A stretch of DNA of 64,000 bases from Anaeromyxobacter sp. Its GTDB lineage: Bacteria > Myxococcota > Myxococcia > Myxococcales > Anaeromyxobacteraceae. Of the stretch, positions 12,200-21,272 are shown piece after piece. The translations under genes and the position numbers were made by a program. The stretch lies in contig JASGJN010000013.1 in assembly GCA_049840735.1 (NCBI GenBank), positions 64,001-128,000 on the forward strand, given 5' to 3'. Under the pieces are notes generated by a model that worked only from the letters and a program-made list of their open reading frames with translations, was not told the DNA's origin and did no database searches. Position 1 is the first letter of the stretch. Every line of letters starts with the position of its first letter.

Positions 12200-14512
12200 A
12201 TGAGCGACGCCCCTCGCCCCCAGAACTTCCTCGCCGACATCATCGAGGACGACCTCGCGCACGGCCGCACCGGCGGCCGGGTGGTCACCCGCTTCCCGCC
12301 GGAGCCCAACGGGTTCCTGCACATCGGCCACGCCAAGTCAATCCTGCTCAACTTCGGCCTGTCCCGGGCCTACGGCGGCCGGACGCACCTGCGCTTCGAC
12401 GACACGAACCCCGTGACGGAGGAAACCGAGTACGTCGAGGCCATCCAGGCCGACGTGAAGTGGCTGGGCGGCGAGTGGGGCCAGCACCTCTACTACGCCT
12501 CCGACTTCTTCGACCGCATGTACGCGTGCGCCGAGCGGCTGATCCGCGAGGGCAAGGCGTACGTGGACAGCCAGGCCCAGGACCAGATCCGCGAGCAGCG
12601 CGGCTCGTTCGACCGGCCCGGCACGAACAGCCCGTACCGCGACCGGCCGGCGGAGGAGAGCCTGGACCTCTTCCGGCGCATGCGCGCCGGCGAGTTCACC
12701 GACGGCACCTGCGTGCTGCGCGCCAGGATCGACATGGGCCACCCCAACGTGCTCATGCGCGACCCGCTGCTCTACCGGATCCGCCACGCCCACCACCACC
12801 GGACCGGCGACAAGTGGTGCATCTACCCGATGTACGACTACGCCCACCCGCTGGAGGACGCGTTCGAGGGGGTGACCCACTCCATCTGCACGCTGGAGTT
12901 CGAGTCCAACCGCGAGCTGTACGACTGGGTGCTCGACGCCCTCGGCCCCTGGGATCCCCGCCCGCGCCAGTACGAGTTCGCGCGGCTGGCCCTGGGCTAC
13001 ACGGTGATGTCGAAGCGCAAGCTGCTCCAGCTGGTGAACGAGAAGCGCGTCTCCGGCTGGGACGACCCGCGCATGCCCACCGTGGCCGGCATGCGCCGGC
13101 GCGGCGTCACCCCCGAGGCGCTGCGCGACTTCGCCGAGCTGATCGGCGTGGCCAAGAACAACTCGCTGGTGGACATCGGCAAGTTCGAGTTCGCCATCCG
13201 CAGCGACCTGGAGGAGCGCTCGCCGCGCGCGCTGGCGGTGCAGAACCCGCTGCCCATCACCCTCGAGAACTGGCCGGCGGGCAGGATCGAGGAGCTGGAC
13301 CTGCCCTGGTGGCCGGGCGAGCCGGCGCGCGGCGGCAGCCGCAAGGTGCCGTTCGGCGCCGACCTGCTCATCGAGCGCGAGGACTTCACCGAGGACCCGC
13401 CCAAGGACTGGAAGCGGCTGGCGCCCGGGCGCGAGGTGCGCCTGGTGGGCGGCTACGTGATCCGCTGCCTGGACGTGGTCCGCGGCGAGAGCGGCGAGGT
13501 GAAGGCGCTCCGCTGCAGCTACGACCCCGAGTCGCTCGCCGGCGCGGGCGCCACCCGCCGCGTGGCCGGCACCCTCCACTGGGTCCACGCCACGAAGTCG
13601 GTGGCGGCCACGGTCCGGCTCTACGACCGGCTCTTCGGGGTGGAGCAGCCGGACGCCGAGCCCAACTTCCTCGACGTCCTCAACCCGCACTCGCTGCAGG
13701 TCGCGAGGGGCGCCCGGACCGAGCCGGCGCTGCGCCAGGCCGAGCCGGGCAGCCGCTACCAGTTCCTGCGGCTGGGCTACTTCTTCGCCGACCCGGTGGA
13801 GTCCAGGCCGGGAGCGCCGGCCTGGAACCGGACCATCACGCTCAAGGACACCTGGGCGCAGAGGGCGGACAAGCCGGCCGGGGAGACCCGCAAGCCCAAG
13901 GCCAGGAAGGAGCCGGCCGAGGGGGCGGCGCCGCGCAAGGGCAAGGGCGAGGCCCGGGCCGAGGCGCACGCGGCCGATCCCGCCCGCGCGCAGCGCTTCG
14001 CCCAGCTGGTGGCGCAGAAGCTCTCCGAGGACGAGGCCGACATCCTGGCCGCCGACGCCGACACGGCCGCCTGGTTCCAGGCCGCGGTGGGCGCCGGCGC
14101 GAAGCCGGCCACCGCCTCGCGCTGGCTGGTCAACGAGCTGCTGGGGCTGGCCGACGGCGCCCCGCTGGCCTCGCTGCCCCTGCCCGCGCCCGCCTTCGGC
14201 CGCTTCGCCGCGCTGGTGGACGCGGGCCGGCTGGCCACCGCCGCCGCCAAGGCGCTGCTGGCCGACCTGGTCGAGCAGGGCGGCGAGCCCGAGGCGCGCA
14301 TGAAGGCGCTGGGGCTGGAGAAGGTGGAGGACCGCGGGGCGGTGGAGACCGCCGTCGGCAAGGTGCTCGCCGCCCACGCCGCCGAGGTGGCGCGCTACCG
14401 CGCCGGCGAGAAGAAGCTGCTGGGCGTGCTGCTGGGCGCCGCCATGCGCGAGACGCAGGGCGCGGCCGACCCGGCGCTGGTCCGCCAGGTGCTGACGCAG
14501 CGGCTGGGATAG
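12200..14512 (+). CDS. glnS: Glutamine--tRNA ligase with C-terminal YqeY/GatB-like domain
   Basis: Motifs TRFPPEPNGFLHIGHAK, LRFDDTNP, YPMYD and MSKRKL. The C-terminal extension ends YRAGEKKLLGVLLGAAMRETQGAADP. Confidence 0.95.
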   Translation: MSDAPRPQNFLADIIEDDLAHGRTGGRVVTRFPPEPNGFLHIGHAKSILLNFGLSRAYGGRTHLRFDDTNPVTEETEYVEAIQADVKWLGGEWGQHLYYASDFFDRMYACAERLIREGKAYVDSQAQDQIREQRGSFDRPGTNSPYRDRPAEESLDLFRRMRAGEFTDGTCVLRARIDMGHPNVLMRDPLLYRIRHAHHHRTGDKWCIYPMYDYAHPLEDAFEGVTHSICTLEFESNRELYDWVLDALGPWDPRPRQYEFARLALGYTVMSKRKLLQLVNEKRVSGWDDPRMPTVAGMRRRGVTPEALRDFAELIGVAKNNSLVDIGKFEFAIRSDLEERSPRALAVQNPLPITLENWPAGRIEELDLPWWPGEPARGGSRKVPFGADLLIEREDFTEDPPKDWKRLAPGREVRLVGGYVIRCLDVVRGESGEVKALRCSYDPESLAGAGATRRVAGTLHWVHATKSVAATVRLYDRLFGVEQPDAEPNFLDVLNPHSLQVARGARTEPALRQAEPGSRYQFLRLGYFFADPVESRPGAPAWNRTITLKDTWAQRADKPAGETRKPKARKEPAEGAAPRKGKGEARAEAHAADPARAQRFAQLVAQKLSEDEADILAADADTAAWFQAAVGAGAKPATASRWLVNELLGLADGAPLASLPLPAPAFGRFAALVDAGRLATAAAKALLADLVEQGGEPEARMKALGLEKVEDRGAVETAVGKVLAAHAAEVARYRAGEKKLLGVLLGAAMRETQGAADPALVRQVLTQRLG

Positions 14513-14797
14513 GCTCGCCCGCCACCCCGGCGCGCTGCGACGCGGCCCCCGGCCCCCGGGGGCCGCGCTGCTTCAGCGCAGCCACGCGCCGCGGCGGCTC
14601 ACCTCCCGGGTTGCGGCCGCGGCGGGCAGACCGCCGCTGGTCATGCCGCGCTCGCACCTGGCCTGCGACGGAGCGCTGCCCCAGGACCGCGGGGCACGGC
14701 TGCGATCGCCGGGCGGCGGCTGACGTTCGCCCCCGGGAGGGCCGACGTGCTGGCCAGCCCGAGGCGCTACACTCGGGCTGCCAGGGAGGGGAGCCGG

Positions 14798-16510
14798 GTG
14801 CAGCAGGACGTGGCCAGCAGGGAGGCGAGCGAGCAGGAGGCGTGGCGAGCGTCCACGGCCGACCTCGCGCTGCGCGTGAACCTGGCCGTCGGCGCCACCT
14901 GCATGGTGGTCCTGACTCCGCTCTGGGTGCTGGTCCCCCAGGCCGGCTGGGCGGTCCTGGGCGGCTGGGCCCTCACCGCCCTCATGGCCGGCGCCACCTT
15001 CGCCCGCCTGCGCTGGCAGGTGCGCGCTGGCGCGCTGCTGGGCGGGTACTTCGTGGCGATGCTCCTGGCCGCGGCCTCGCTCCGGCCCAGCCCCATCGCC
15101 TTCGCCTTCGGCGTCGCCCTGGTGGTGCTCGCGGGCCTGCTCTTCGGCGGGCGCGGCGCGCTGGTGGCCGCCGGCGGGGTGGTGGCGGCGCTGGCGGGCT
15201 TCGCGGTGGCGGGCACCCTCGGCGCCCGGCCGCCGCCCTCGCTGCCCGCGCCGCTCGACTGGCTGGTGGCCCTCTCCGCCACCGCCGTCCCGCTCCTCAC
15301 GGTGGTGCTGGCGGTGCGGCGGCTGGTGGAGCACCTGCGGGCGGCGTCGGAGGGGGCGCTGCGCGCCCTCCGGCAGCTGGAGAGCACCCGCTCCCGGCTG
15401 GCCGACTCGGAGCGGACCGAGCTGGTGGGGCGGGTGGCCGGCGCGCTGGCCCACGACCTCAACAACACGCTCACCGTGGTCCTCTCCTCGGCCGAGTGGC
15501 TGGAGGAGTCGGCCACCAGCGCCGAGCAGGCGCACGTGGCCTCGCAGGTCCGCGACGCGGCCCGCAGCGCCACCGGCCTGACCCAGCAGCTGGCGCTGGT
15601 GGGGCGGCAGGGACCGCCGCGCCCGCGCGCGCTGGACCTGGCGCGCGCCGCCGCCGACGCCGGCCGGGCGGTGCGCCGGCTGCTGCCGCCGGGCGTGGAG
15701 GTGGAGGCGCGCGCCGCCGGGCCGGTCTGGACCTGGGCCGATCCCAGCCAGCTGCAGCACCTGATCTTCTCGCTGGCGCTCCACGCCGGCGAGGCCATGA
15801 CCAAGGGCGGCTCGCTCGGCATCACCGCGCACCCCGGCCCGGACGGCGCCCCGGTGCTGGACGTCTCGCACACCGGCGGCGACGCCGAGGTGCTGCGCCG
15901 CGCCTTCGCCCCCAACCCCTTCGAGAGCGTCAGCTCCGGCCCGGTCCGCTCGGTGCTGCAGGTGCGGGAGCTGGCCCAGGCGCTGGGGGGCGCGGTGGCG
16001 CTCCGCTCCTTCGCCGGCGCCGGCGCGGTGCTGTCGGTCACGCTCCCGGCGGCGCAGCCTCCCGCCGGCAGCCCGGCGCCCCCCGCCGCCTCCCACCACC
16101 GCGCGCGCGTGCTGGTGGTCGAGGACGACATCCGCGTGCGGGCGCTCATCTGCACCGCGCTGGCCGACGCCGGCCACAAGGTGGACGAGGCCAGCGACGG
16201 GACCAGCGCCATGCGCGCCATCGAGGATCTGGGCGACCTCGACCTGCTGGTCACCGACCTGCTCATGCCGGGCGTGCCGGTGGTGGACGTCATCGCCACC
16301 TTCCGCGCCCGCCACCCCGAGGGGCGCGTGCTGGTCTGCTCCAGCCACGCCGACGACGAGGCCGTGCGCCGCCGCGTGCTGGAGGGCGAGTACCGCGCCC
16401 TCCCCAAGCCGTTCGACCGGGCCGAGTTCCTGGAGGCGGTGGCGGCCACGCTCGACGGCGGCCGCGCCGCGCCGGCCGCACCGGCCACCGGCCACCACGC
16501 CTCGCCCTGA
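14798..16510 (+). CDS. Membrane-bound hybrid histidine kinase/receiver with a degenerate ATPase domain
   Basis: About 5 TM segments, H-box AHDLNN, and receiver motifs VLVVEDD, VTDLLMP and KPF. The N and G boxes are eroded. The GTG start follows GGGAGGGGAG; exact start uncertain. Confidence 0.8.
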   Translation: MQQDVASREASEQEAWRASTADLALRVNLAVGATCMVVLTPLWVLVPQAGWAVLGGWALTALMAGATFARLRWQVRAGALLGGYFVAMLLAAASLRPSPIAFAFGVALVVLAGLLFGGRGALVAAGGVVAALAGFAVAGTLGARPPPSLPAPLDWLVALSATAVPLLTVVLAVRRLVEHLRAASEGALRALRQLESTRSRLADSERTELVGRVAGALAHDLNNTLTVVLSSAEWLEESATSAEQAHVASQVRDAARSATGLTQQLALVGRQGPPRPRALDLARAAADAGRAVRRLLPPGVEVEARAAGPVWTWADPSQLQHLIFSLALHAGEAMTKGGSLGITAHPGPDGAPVLDVSHTGGDAEVLRRAFAPNPFESVSSGPVRSVLQVRELAQALGGAVALRSFAGAGAVLSVTLPAAQPPAGSPAPPAASHHRARVLVVEDDIRVRALICTALADAGHKVDEASDGTSAMRAIEDLGDLDLLVTDLLMPGVPVVDVIATFRARHPEGRVLVCSSHADDEAVRRRVLEGEYRALPKPFDRAEFLEAVAATLDGGRAAPAAPATGHHASP

Positions 16511-16525
16511 GCAGGCGGCGCCGGC

Positions 16526-18307
16526 TCAGCCGGCCAGCCGCGGCGGCGCCTGGGTCCGCGCCCGGGCGGGCTCGCGCGGCAGGATCACGGTGAAGGTGGA
16601 CCCCTCCCCCGGCGCGCTCTCCACCGCGATCCGCCCGCCGTGCGCGTCGATCATCTTCTTGGTGATCCAGAGCCCCAGCCCCAGCCCCTGCGCCACGCCG
16701 GCGTTGGCGCCGCGCTCGAAGCGCTCGAACAGCAGGCCCCGGCTCTCCGGCGGGATGCCGATGCCGTGGTCGCGGATGGTCAGCACCGCCTCGCCGTCGC
16801 GCGCCGCCACCTCCACGTCCACCGGCCGGGCGTTGCCGTACTTGATGGCGTTGGTGAGGAGGTTGGTGACCGCCTGGTCGATGCGGGCGCGGTCCCACAG
16901 GCCGCGCACCTCCGACGCCGCGACGCGCACCGGGCTCCCCGCGCTCTCGGCCACCGGCCGCAGCCGCTCGGCGGCCTCCCGCGCCAGCGCCCCCAGGTCC
17001 ACGCTGGCCAGCTCGAGGCTGAGCTTGCCGTCGTTGATGCGCGAGACGTCCAGCAGCACGCCCAGGAGCTCGTCCAGCCGCCCGATCTGCCCCTCGATGG
17101 CCGACAGGCTCCGGAGCAGCCGCTCGTCCTCCTGGCCGGACGGCCGCCGCAGCCGCCGCCGCAGCATCTCCACCTGCAGCCGCATGGCGGTGAGCGGGGT
17201 GCGGAACTCGTGCGAGGCCATGGAGAGGAAGTCCTGCTTCAGCTTGTCCGCCTGGCGCAGCAGCTCCTGCGACATCTTCAGGTCGTGCACGTCGGTGCAG
17301 GTGCCGAGCCAGGTCCGTCGGCCCGGGCCCACGCCCGGCGCGTCCAGGGCCACCGCCCGCCGGAGGAACCAGCGGAATCCGCCCTCCTGCCCTCGCAGCC
17401 GGTGCTCGATCTCGAACCCCGAGCCGGTCGCCACCGCCTCGCGCCACACCGCCAGCACCCGCTCCCGATCGTCGGGGTGGAGCACCGGGTCCCAGTCCTC
17501 GGTGCCGGCGCGCTGGCCGGTGTAGTCGCGCCAGCGCTGGTTGAACCAGGTGCGCTGGCCGCTGGCGTCGGCGGTCCAGACCAGCTGCGGCAGCGCCTCG
17601 GCCAGGTGGCGCAGCCGCGCCTCGCTGTCGCGCAGCGCCTGGCCCGCCTCGTGGCGCGCCGAGATGTCGCGGATCACCGACACGAGCGTGCGCTGCCCCT
17701 CGTCGCCGGCGCCCTGCGAGCTCACCTCGACCGGGAAGGTGGAGCCGTCACGCCGCCGGTGGACCGTCTCGAAGAGCAGGCCGTGCGCATCGGCCGCCGC
17801 CATCTGCTCGGCGGTGTGCGCCTGGGTGCCGGGCGCGCGCAGGTCGTGGACGGTGAGCCGGCGCAGCTCCTCCTGCGACCAGCCGTAGGCCTTGGCCGCG
17901 GCCGCGTTGGCCTCCAGCAGCCGGCCCTCCCGGTCCATCCAGAGGATGATGTCGCGGCTGTGCGCGGCCACCAGCTGGAAGCGGCGCTCCTGCTCCTGGG
18001 CCCGCAGCCTGGCCCGGCGCCGCGAGCGCTCCAGCGCCAGCGCCGCGCCCACCAGCGAGAGGCTCAGCACCAGCGTGACCACGTGGGCCACCACCGTCCG
18101 CCGGGCCGCCTGCCGCGAGGCCTCGGCCTCCAGCGCCAGCTCGCGCTGCTCGGCCCCGGCCACCCGCTGCGCCATGCGCTCCTCCGCCTCGGCGGAGCGG
18201 CGCACGTTCATCACCACGAGCGCGGCGTTCGCGCCCAGCGCGAGCGCCGCCAGCAGCGCCATGGACGCCGGCACGAGCTGGGCTCTGCGGTCACCTGCGA
18301 TGGACAT
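16526..18307 (-). CDS. Sensor histidine kinase with 2 TM and 2 PAS domains
   Basis: PAS motifs HRRRDGSTFPVEVS and LHPDD; SHEFRTPL, NLLTNAIKYG, DHGIGI, GLGLGL. Confidence 0.92.
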   Translation of the reverse strand: MSIAGDRRAQLVPASMALLAALALGANAALVVMNVRRSAEAEERMAQRVAGAEQRELALEAEASRQAARRTVVAHVVTLVLSLSLVGAALALERSRRRARLRAQEQERRFQLVAAHSRDIILWMDREGRLLEANAAAAKAYGWSQEELRRLTVHDLRAPGTQAHTAEQMAAADAHGLLFETVHRRRDGSTFPVEVSSQGAGDEGQRTLVSVIRDISARHEAGQALRDSEARLRHLAEALPQLVWTADASGQRTWFNQRWRDYTGQRAGTEDWDPVLHPDDRERVLAVWREAVATGSGFEIEHRLRGQEGGFRWFLRRAVALDAPGVGPGRRTWLGTCTDVHDLKMSQELLRQADKLKQDFLSMASHEFRTPLTAMRLQVEMLRRRLRRPSGQEDERLLRSLSAIEGQIGRLDELLGVLLDVSRINDGKLSLELASVDLGALAREAAERLRPVAESAGSPVRVAASEVRGLWDRARIDQAVTNLLTNAIKYGNARPVDVEVAARDGEAVLTIRDHGIGIPPESRGLLFERFERGANAGVAQGLGLGLWITKKMIDAHGGRIAVESAPGEGSTFTVILPREPARARTQAPPRLAG

Positions 18308-18531
18308 CTCGGGAGCGCCGGGGCGCGCAGGAGATTCTGTGGCCAGCGCGGGGAAGCCGCGACCTGGCCAAGCGGGGAGACCTCAGCGGGACGGCCTGGG
18401 AGTGACGGACAGCCGTCAACCGGCGGTCAAGGGCGCTGGCGGGCGGGCGACGCGCCGCCTGGCTGCCCAGGCGCTCCGGCGAGCAGGCCGCCTGGGAACG
18501 CCGGGAGGCGCTCCAGCAGCGGCGGCCCTAG

Positions 18532-18569
18532 AAAGAAGAACCCCGCCAGAGGGACGAGCTCTGGCGGGG
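18532..18569 (-). terminator. Rho-independent terminator after tRNA-Glu
   Basis: 11-bp stem CCCCGCCAGAG / CTCTGGCGGGG, followed on the minus strand by TTCTTCTTT. Confidence 0.8.
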
Positions 18570-18574
18570 CAAAG

Positions 18575-18649
<75 letters not shown>

Positions 18650-18671
18650 ACGAACTCGAAACTTGGGTGGC

Positions 18672-18700
18672 CTTCTACCCTCGGACGCTGCGGCAGTCAA
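18672..18700 (-). promoter_or_regulatory. sigma70-type promoter between tRNA-Gln and tRNA-Glu
   Basis: TTGACT-N17-TAGAAG, 22 nt upstream of tRNA-Glu. Confidence 0.6.
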
Positions 18701-18718
18701 CGCCGAGGAGCAACAAAG

Positions 18719-18793
18719 TGGCTGGGGGACTAGGATTCGAACCTAGATAGCCAGAATCCAGAGACTGGCGTCCTGCCGTTAGACGATCCCCCA
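18719..18793 (-). tRNA. tRNA-Gln(CTG), with one apparent extra base in the anticodon arm
   Basis: TGGGGGATCGTCTAACGGCAGGACGCCAGTCTCTGGATTCTGGCTATCTAGGTTCGAATCCTAGTCCCCCAGCCA: U1-A72 pair, CT-CTG-GA loop, CCA end. Confidence 0.9.
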
Positions 18794-18802
18794 GTAAGCG
18801 CC

Positions 18803-19150
18803 TCACTTCCCTTTCACGAGCACGAAGACGCGGACCTCGCCCTTCAGCTCGTAGACGTTCAACCCTTCCCAGCTCCCCGGCTTCGCGTCCGGGTTCTCGA
18901 TGTGCACGGCCTTCACGCCAGGTTCATCGGCGATCGTCCGTCTCACATACCGCGGCCCGTACACCTGCTTGAAGTACTTGAGCGCGTCCTCGTAGCTCCG
19001 AGGGACGCGGTACCGGTTCTCCGCCACCTTCTCCGAACCGTCCGGGAGGACCGCCCCGGCGACCTTGAGGTCGGCGGCAGCGGCGAGTCCCGGCACGGCC
19101 AGGAGGAGGACCGCGACGAGGGCGGCCTTATATCGAGGAGCGCGGGGCAC
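18803..19150 (-). CDS. Small secreted hypothetical protein (~115 aa)
   Basis: Signal peptide (YKAALVAVLLLAVPGLAAA) followed by an ordinary-composition domain. Start uncertain; a TTGACC-N18-TATAAG promoter-like motif overlaps it. Confidence 0.65.
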   Translation of the reverse strand: MPRAPRYKAALVAVLLLAVPGLAAAADLKVAGAVLPDGSEKVAENRYRVPRSYEDALKYFKQVYGPRYVRRTIADEPGVKAVHIENPDAKPGSWEGLNVYELKGEVRVFVLVKGK

Positions 19151-19318
19151 GGTCAAGGGTTGCAATCGCGTGAATCCGTTCCAGCGAAGCTTGCCCCGAG
19201 CGGCCCCGGGTTTCCAGCGTTTTTCAGGGCTTGGGCGGACGCCGGGCGGACCGTTCTGCCGCAGGCCGCGCGGCCGGGACTCATCGCACATCGGGCCCGG
19301 CGGGGCCCGGCCGGCTCC

Positions 19319-19864
19319 TCAGCGCCAGACGCCAATCAGCTCACCGCGGTGGCCGGGCTCGCGGAGCTTGAGCTCCCCGCGCTTCCAGGCGTCGCCGGCC
19401 CGCGGGCCGACCCAGTAGCCCTTGGGATCGCTCCGCCGCCAACCCTTGCGGAAGAAGTCGCGGCACTCCAGGAAGAGCGCGTTGAGCGCGCGCGGCTTGC
19501 CCTTGCGGTCGTTGGGGTCGTCTGTGACGTCCAGCTCCCCCCAGAGCCGCCCCGCCACCAGCTCGCCCTCGTCGTTCCGCATCGAGCGCTCGAAGTGGAT
19601 CACGGGCGAGGGGATCTCCTCGATCTTCATGAGCCCCTTGTCCGGCCCGCGCTTGATGGGGTGCGCGATGACCGGCCCGAGCCGCTCCAGCGCCAGGTAA
19701 TACGAGGAGCCGTCCAGCTGGGCGGGCGCGTTCTCGTCCGCCTTGATCGGCTGGTAGCCGGGCGGGACGAGCTCCGGGTACACGGTGACCTCGCGGCGCG
19801 CCAGGATGCGGAAGAAGGCGCGCTCGTCCTCGGGGAGCATGAAGTAGTGAAGCGTGGCAGCCAT
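19319..19864 (-). CDS. Hypothetical protein (181 aa)
   Basis: High-GC3 codon usage and normal composition. TATCCT lies 8 nt before the ATG. Confidence 0.75.
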   Translation of the reverse strand: MAATLHYFMLPEDERAFFRILARREVTVYPELVPPGYQPIKADENAPAQLDGSSYYLALERLGPVIAHPIKRGPDKGLMKIEEIPSPVIHFERSMRNDEGELVAGRLWGELDVTDDPNDRKGKPRALNALFLECRDFFRKGWRRSDPKGYWVGPRAGDAWKRGELKLREPGHRGELIGVWR

Positions 19865-19924
19865 CGGCCGGCAGGATACCCGGTCCGGCTCCGCGGCGCA
19901 CCGGCGGCCTGCCAGCGCCCGGGC

Positions 19925-21232
19925 CTACCCACCCCGGACCGCGGAGAGGAGCCGCTCGTAGCTCTGCGCGATGCGCGTGGCCAGGATCAGCAGCTCGCCC
20001 ACGCCGCCGGCGTCCACCAGCGCCCCGCGCCCGGCGTCGCCGTAGAACACGTTGACCACCCGGCCCATGGCCAGGATCGGCACCAGGAAGGCGTTGGCCG
20101 GCACGCCGCCGCCCAGCCCGCGCAGCAGCGCCGCGTTGGCCACGGTGCGCGGGATGGGGCCGAGGAGGTGGGCCTGGGTGCGCACCACCGTGTCCACCAG
20201 GCCCGGCTCGCCCAGCGAGAGCCGCAGCCGGCGCACCATGAGCGGCGTCAGCCCCTCCCCCAACCCCACCCACCCGCTGGCCACCCCGCGGTTGACGGTC
20301 AGGAGCACCGCCCGCTTGAAGTGGCGGCGGGCGTAGCGGAGGACGGCCTCGGCGATGGCGTCGCGGGCCGACACGCCGGCCAGGAGCCGGACCGCCTCGT
20401 CGAAGGAGAGCGGCGCCGGCTCCAGCTCCTCCAGCTCGTCGGTCAGCTCGATGACCTCGTCCGGCGGCGGCGCGGAGGGCGTCCAGGGGCCGGGCACCGG
20501 GGTCCCGGGGAGCAGCGGCCCCTCCTCGAGCGGCGGCGAGGCGAGGGAGGGAGGACCCGGCGGCCCGGCCAGCCGTGGCGGGGGCTGCGTCGGCGTCGGC
20601 GGCGCCCAGGCCGGAGGCGCGGCTGGCGTCGGCGGCCGGGCCAGCAGCGGCTCGAAGGGCGCGCCCGGTGGGCGGGTCCGGTAGAGCGCGTCGAAGGCCG
20701 CCTCGTCCATCAGCTCGACGCCGCCTGCGCCGCTGCCCGCGCCCACCTCGCCCGGCGCCGCGGGGCGGGGCCGCTGCCCGAAGTCCACGTCGATGCCGCG
20801 GAGGTGGTGCTCGATGCCGTAGAGCTGGCGCAGCAGCGCCCAGATGCGCGCCTCGGCGGCCACCAGCGGCTGGACCTGCTTGCCCGAGGCGAACGAGAGG
20901 CCGTCCAGGGCGGCCAGGTCGGACGGGTCCCGCGCCAGCACCGCCAGCTGCCGGCCCTGCAGCGCGTAGGGGACCATCTGGTAGCGGTCGGCCACCTCGG
21001 GCCGGACCAGCCGCACGGCCACGGGGTCGATCCCCGGCGAGCCGGCCACGTAGGGCACGCCGTGGCGGCGCCCCAGGGCGCGGGCCAGCGGCTCCTCCTG
21101 CACCCCGCCCAGCTCGAGCAGGTTGGTGCCGAGGCGGCCGCCGAAGATGACCTGGTTGCGCAGCGCGTCGCCCAGGGCGTCGCGAGTGATCGCGCCCTCC
21201 TCGATCAGGAGCTGTCCCACGCGCTGCGCCAT
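19925..21232 (-). CDS. MshEN/GspE-N (c-di-GMP-binding type) domain protein with Pro-rich linker and no ATPase
   Basis: Tandem RVGQLLIEEGAIT...RLGTNLLELGGV motifs and a T2SSE_N-like region. No Walker A motif. Confidence 0.78.
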   Translation of the reverse strand: MAQRVGQLLIEEGAITRDALGDALRNQVIFGGRLGTNLLELGGVQEEPLARALGRRHGVPYVAGSPGIDPVAVRLVRPEVADRYQMVPYALQGRQLAVLARDPSDLAALDGLSFASGKQVQPLVAAEARIWALLRQLYGIEHHLRGIDVDFGQRPRPAAPGEVGAGSGAGGVELMDEAAFDALYRTRPPGAPFEPLLARPPTPAAPPAWAPPTPTQPPPRLAGPPGPPSLASPPLEEGPLLPGTPVPGPWTPSAPPPDEVIELTDELEELEPAPLSFDEAVRLLAGVSARDAIAEAVLRYARRHFKRAVLLTVNRGVASGWVGLGEGLTPLMVRRLRLSLGEPGLVDTVVRTQAHLLGPIPRTVANAALLRGLGGGVPANAFLVPILAMGRVVNVFYGDAGRGALVDAGGVGELLILATRIAQSYERLLSAVRGG

Positions 21233-21272
21233 CCCCGGGATCCTATCGCGCTCCAGGCCCCGCGGCGCCTTT

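Noticed and set aside
19167..19184. sigma54 promoter (TGGAACG...GC) upstream of the small secreted protein gene
   Set aside because: GG-N10-GC spacing appears only after assuming another GATTC>GATC correction, and the -12 element lacks TTGC.
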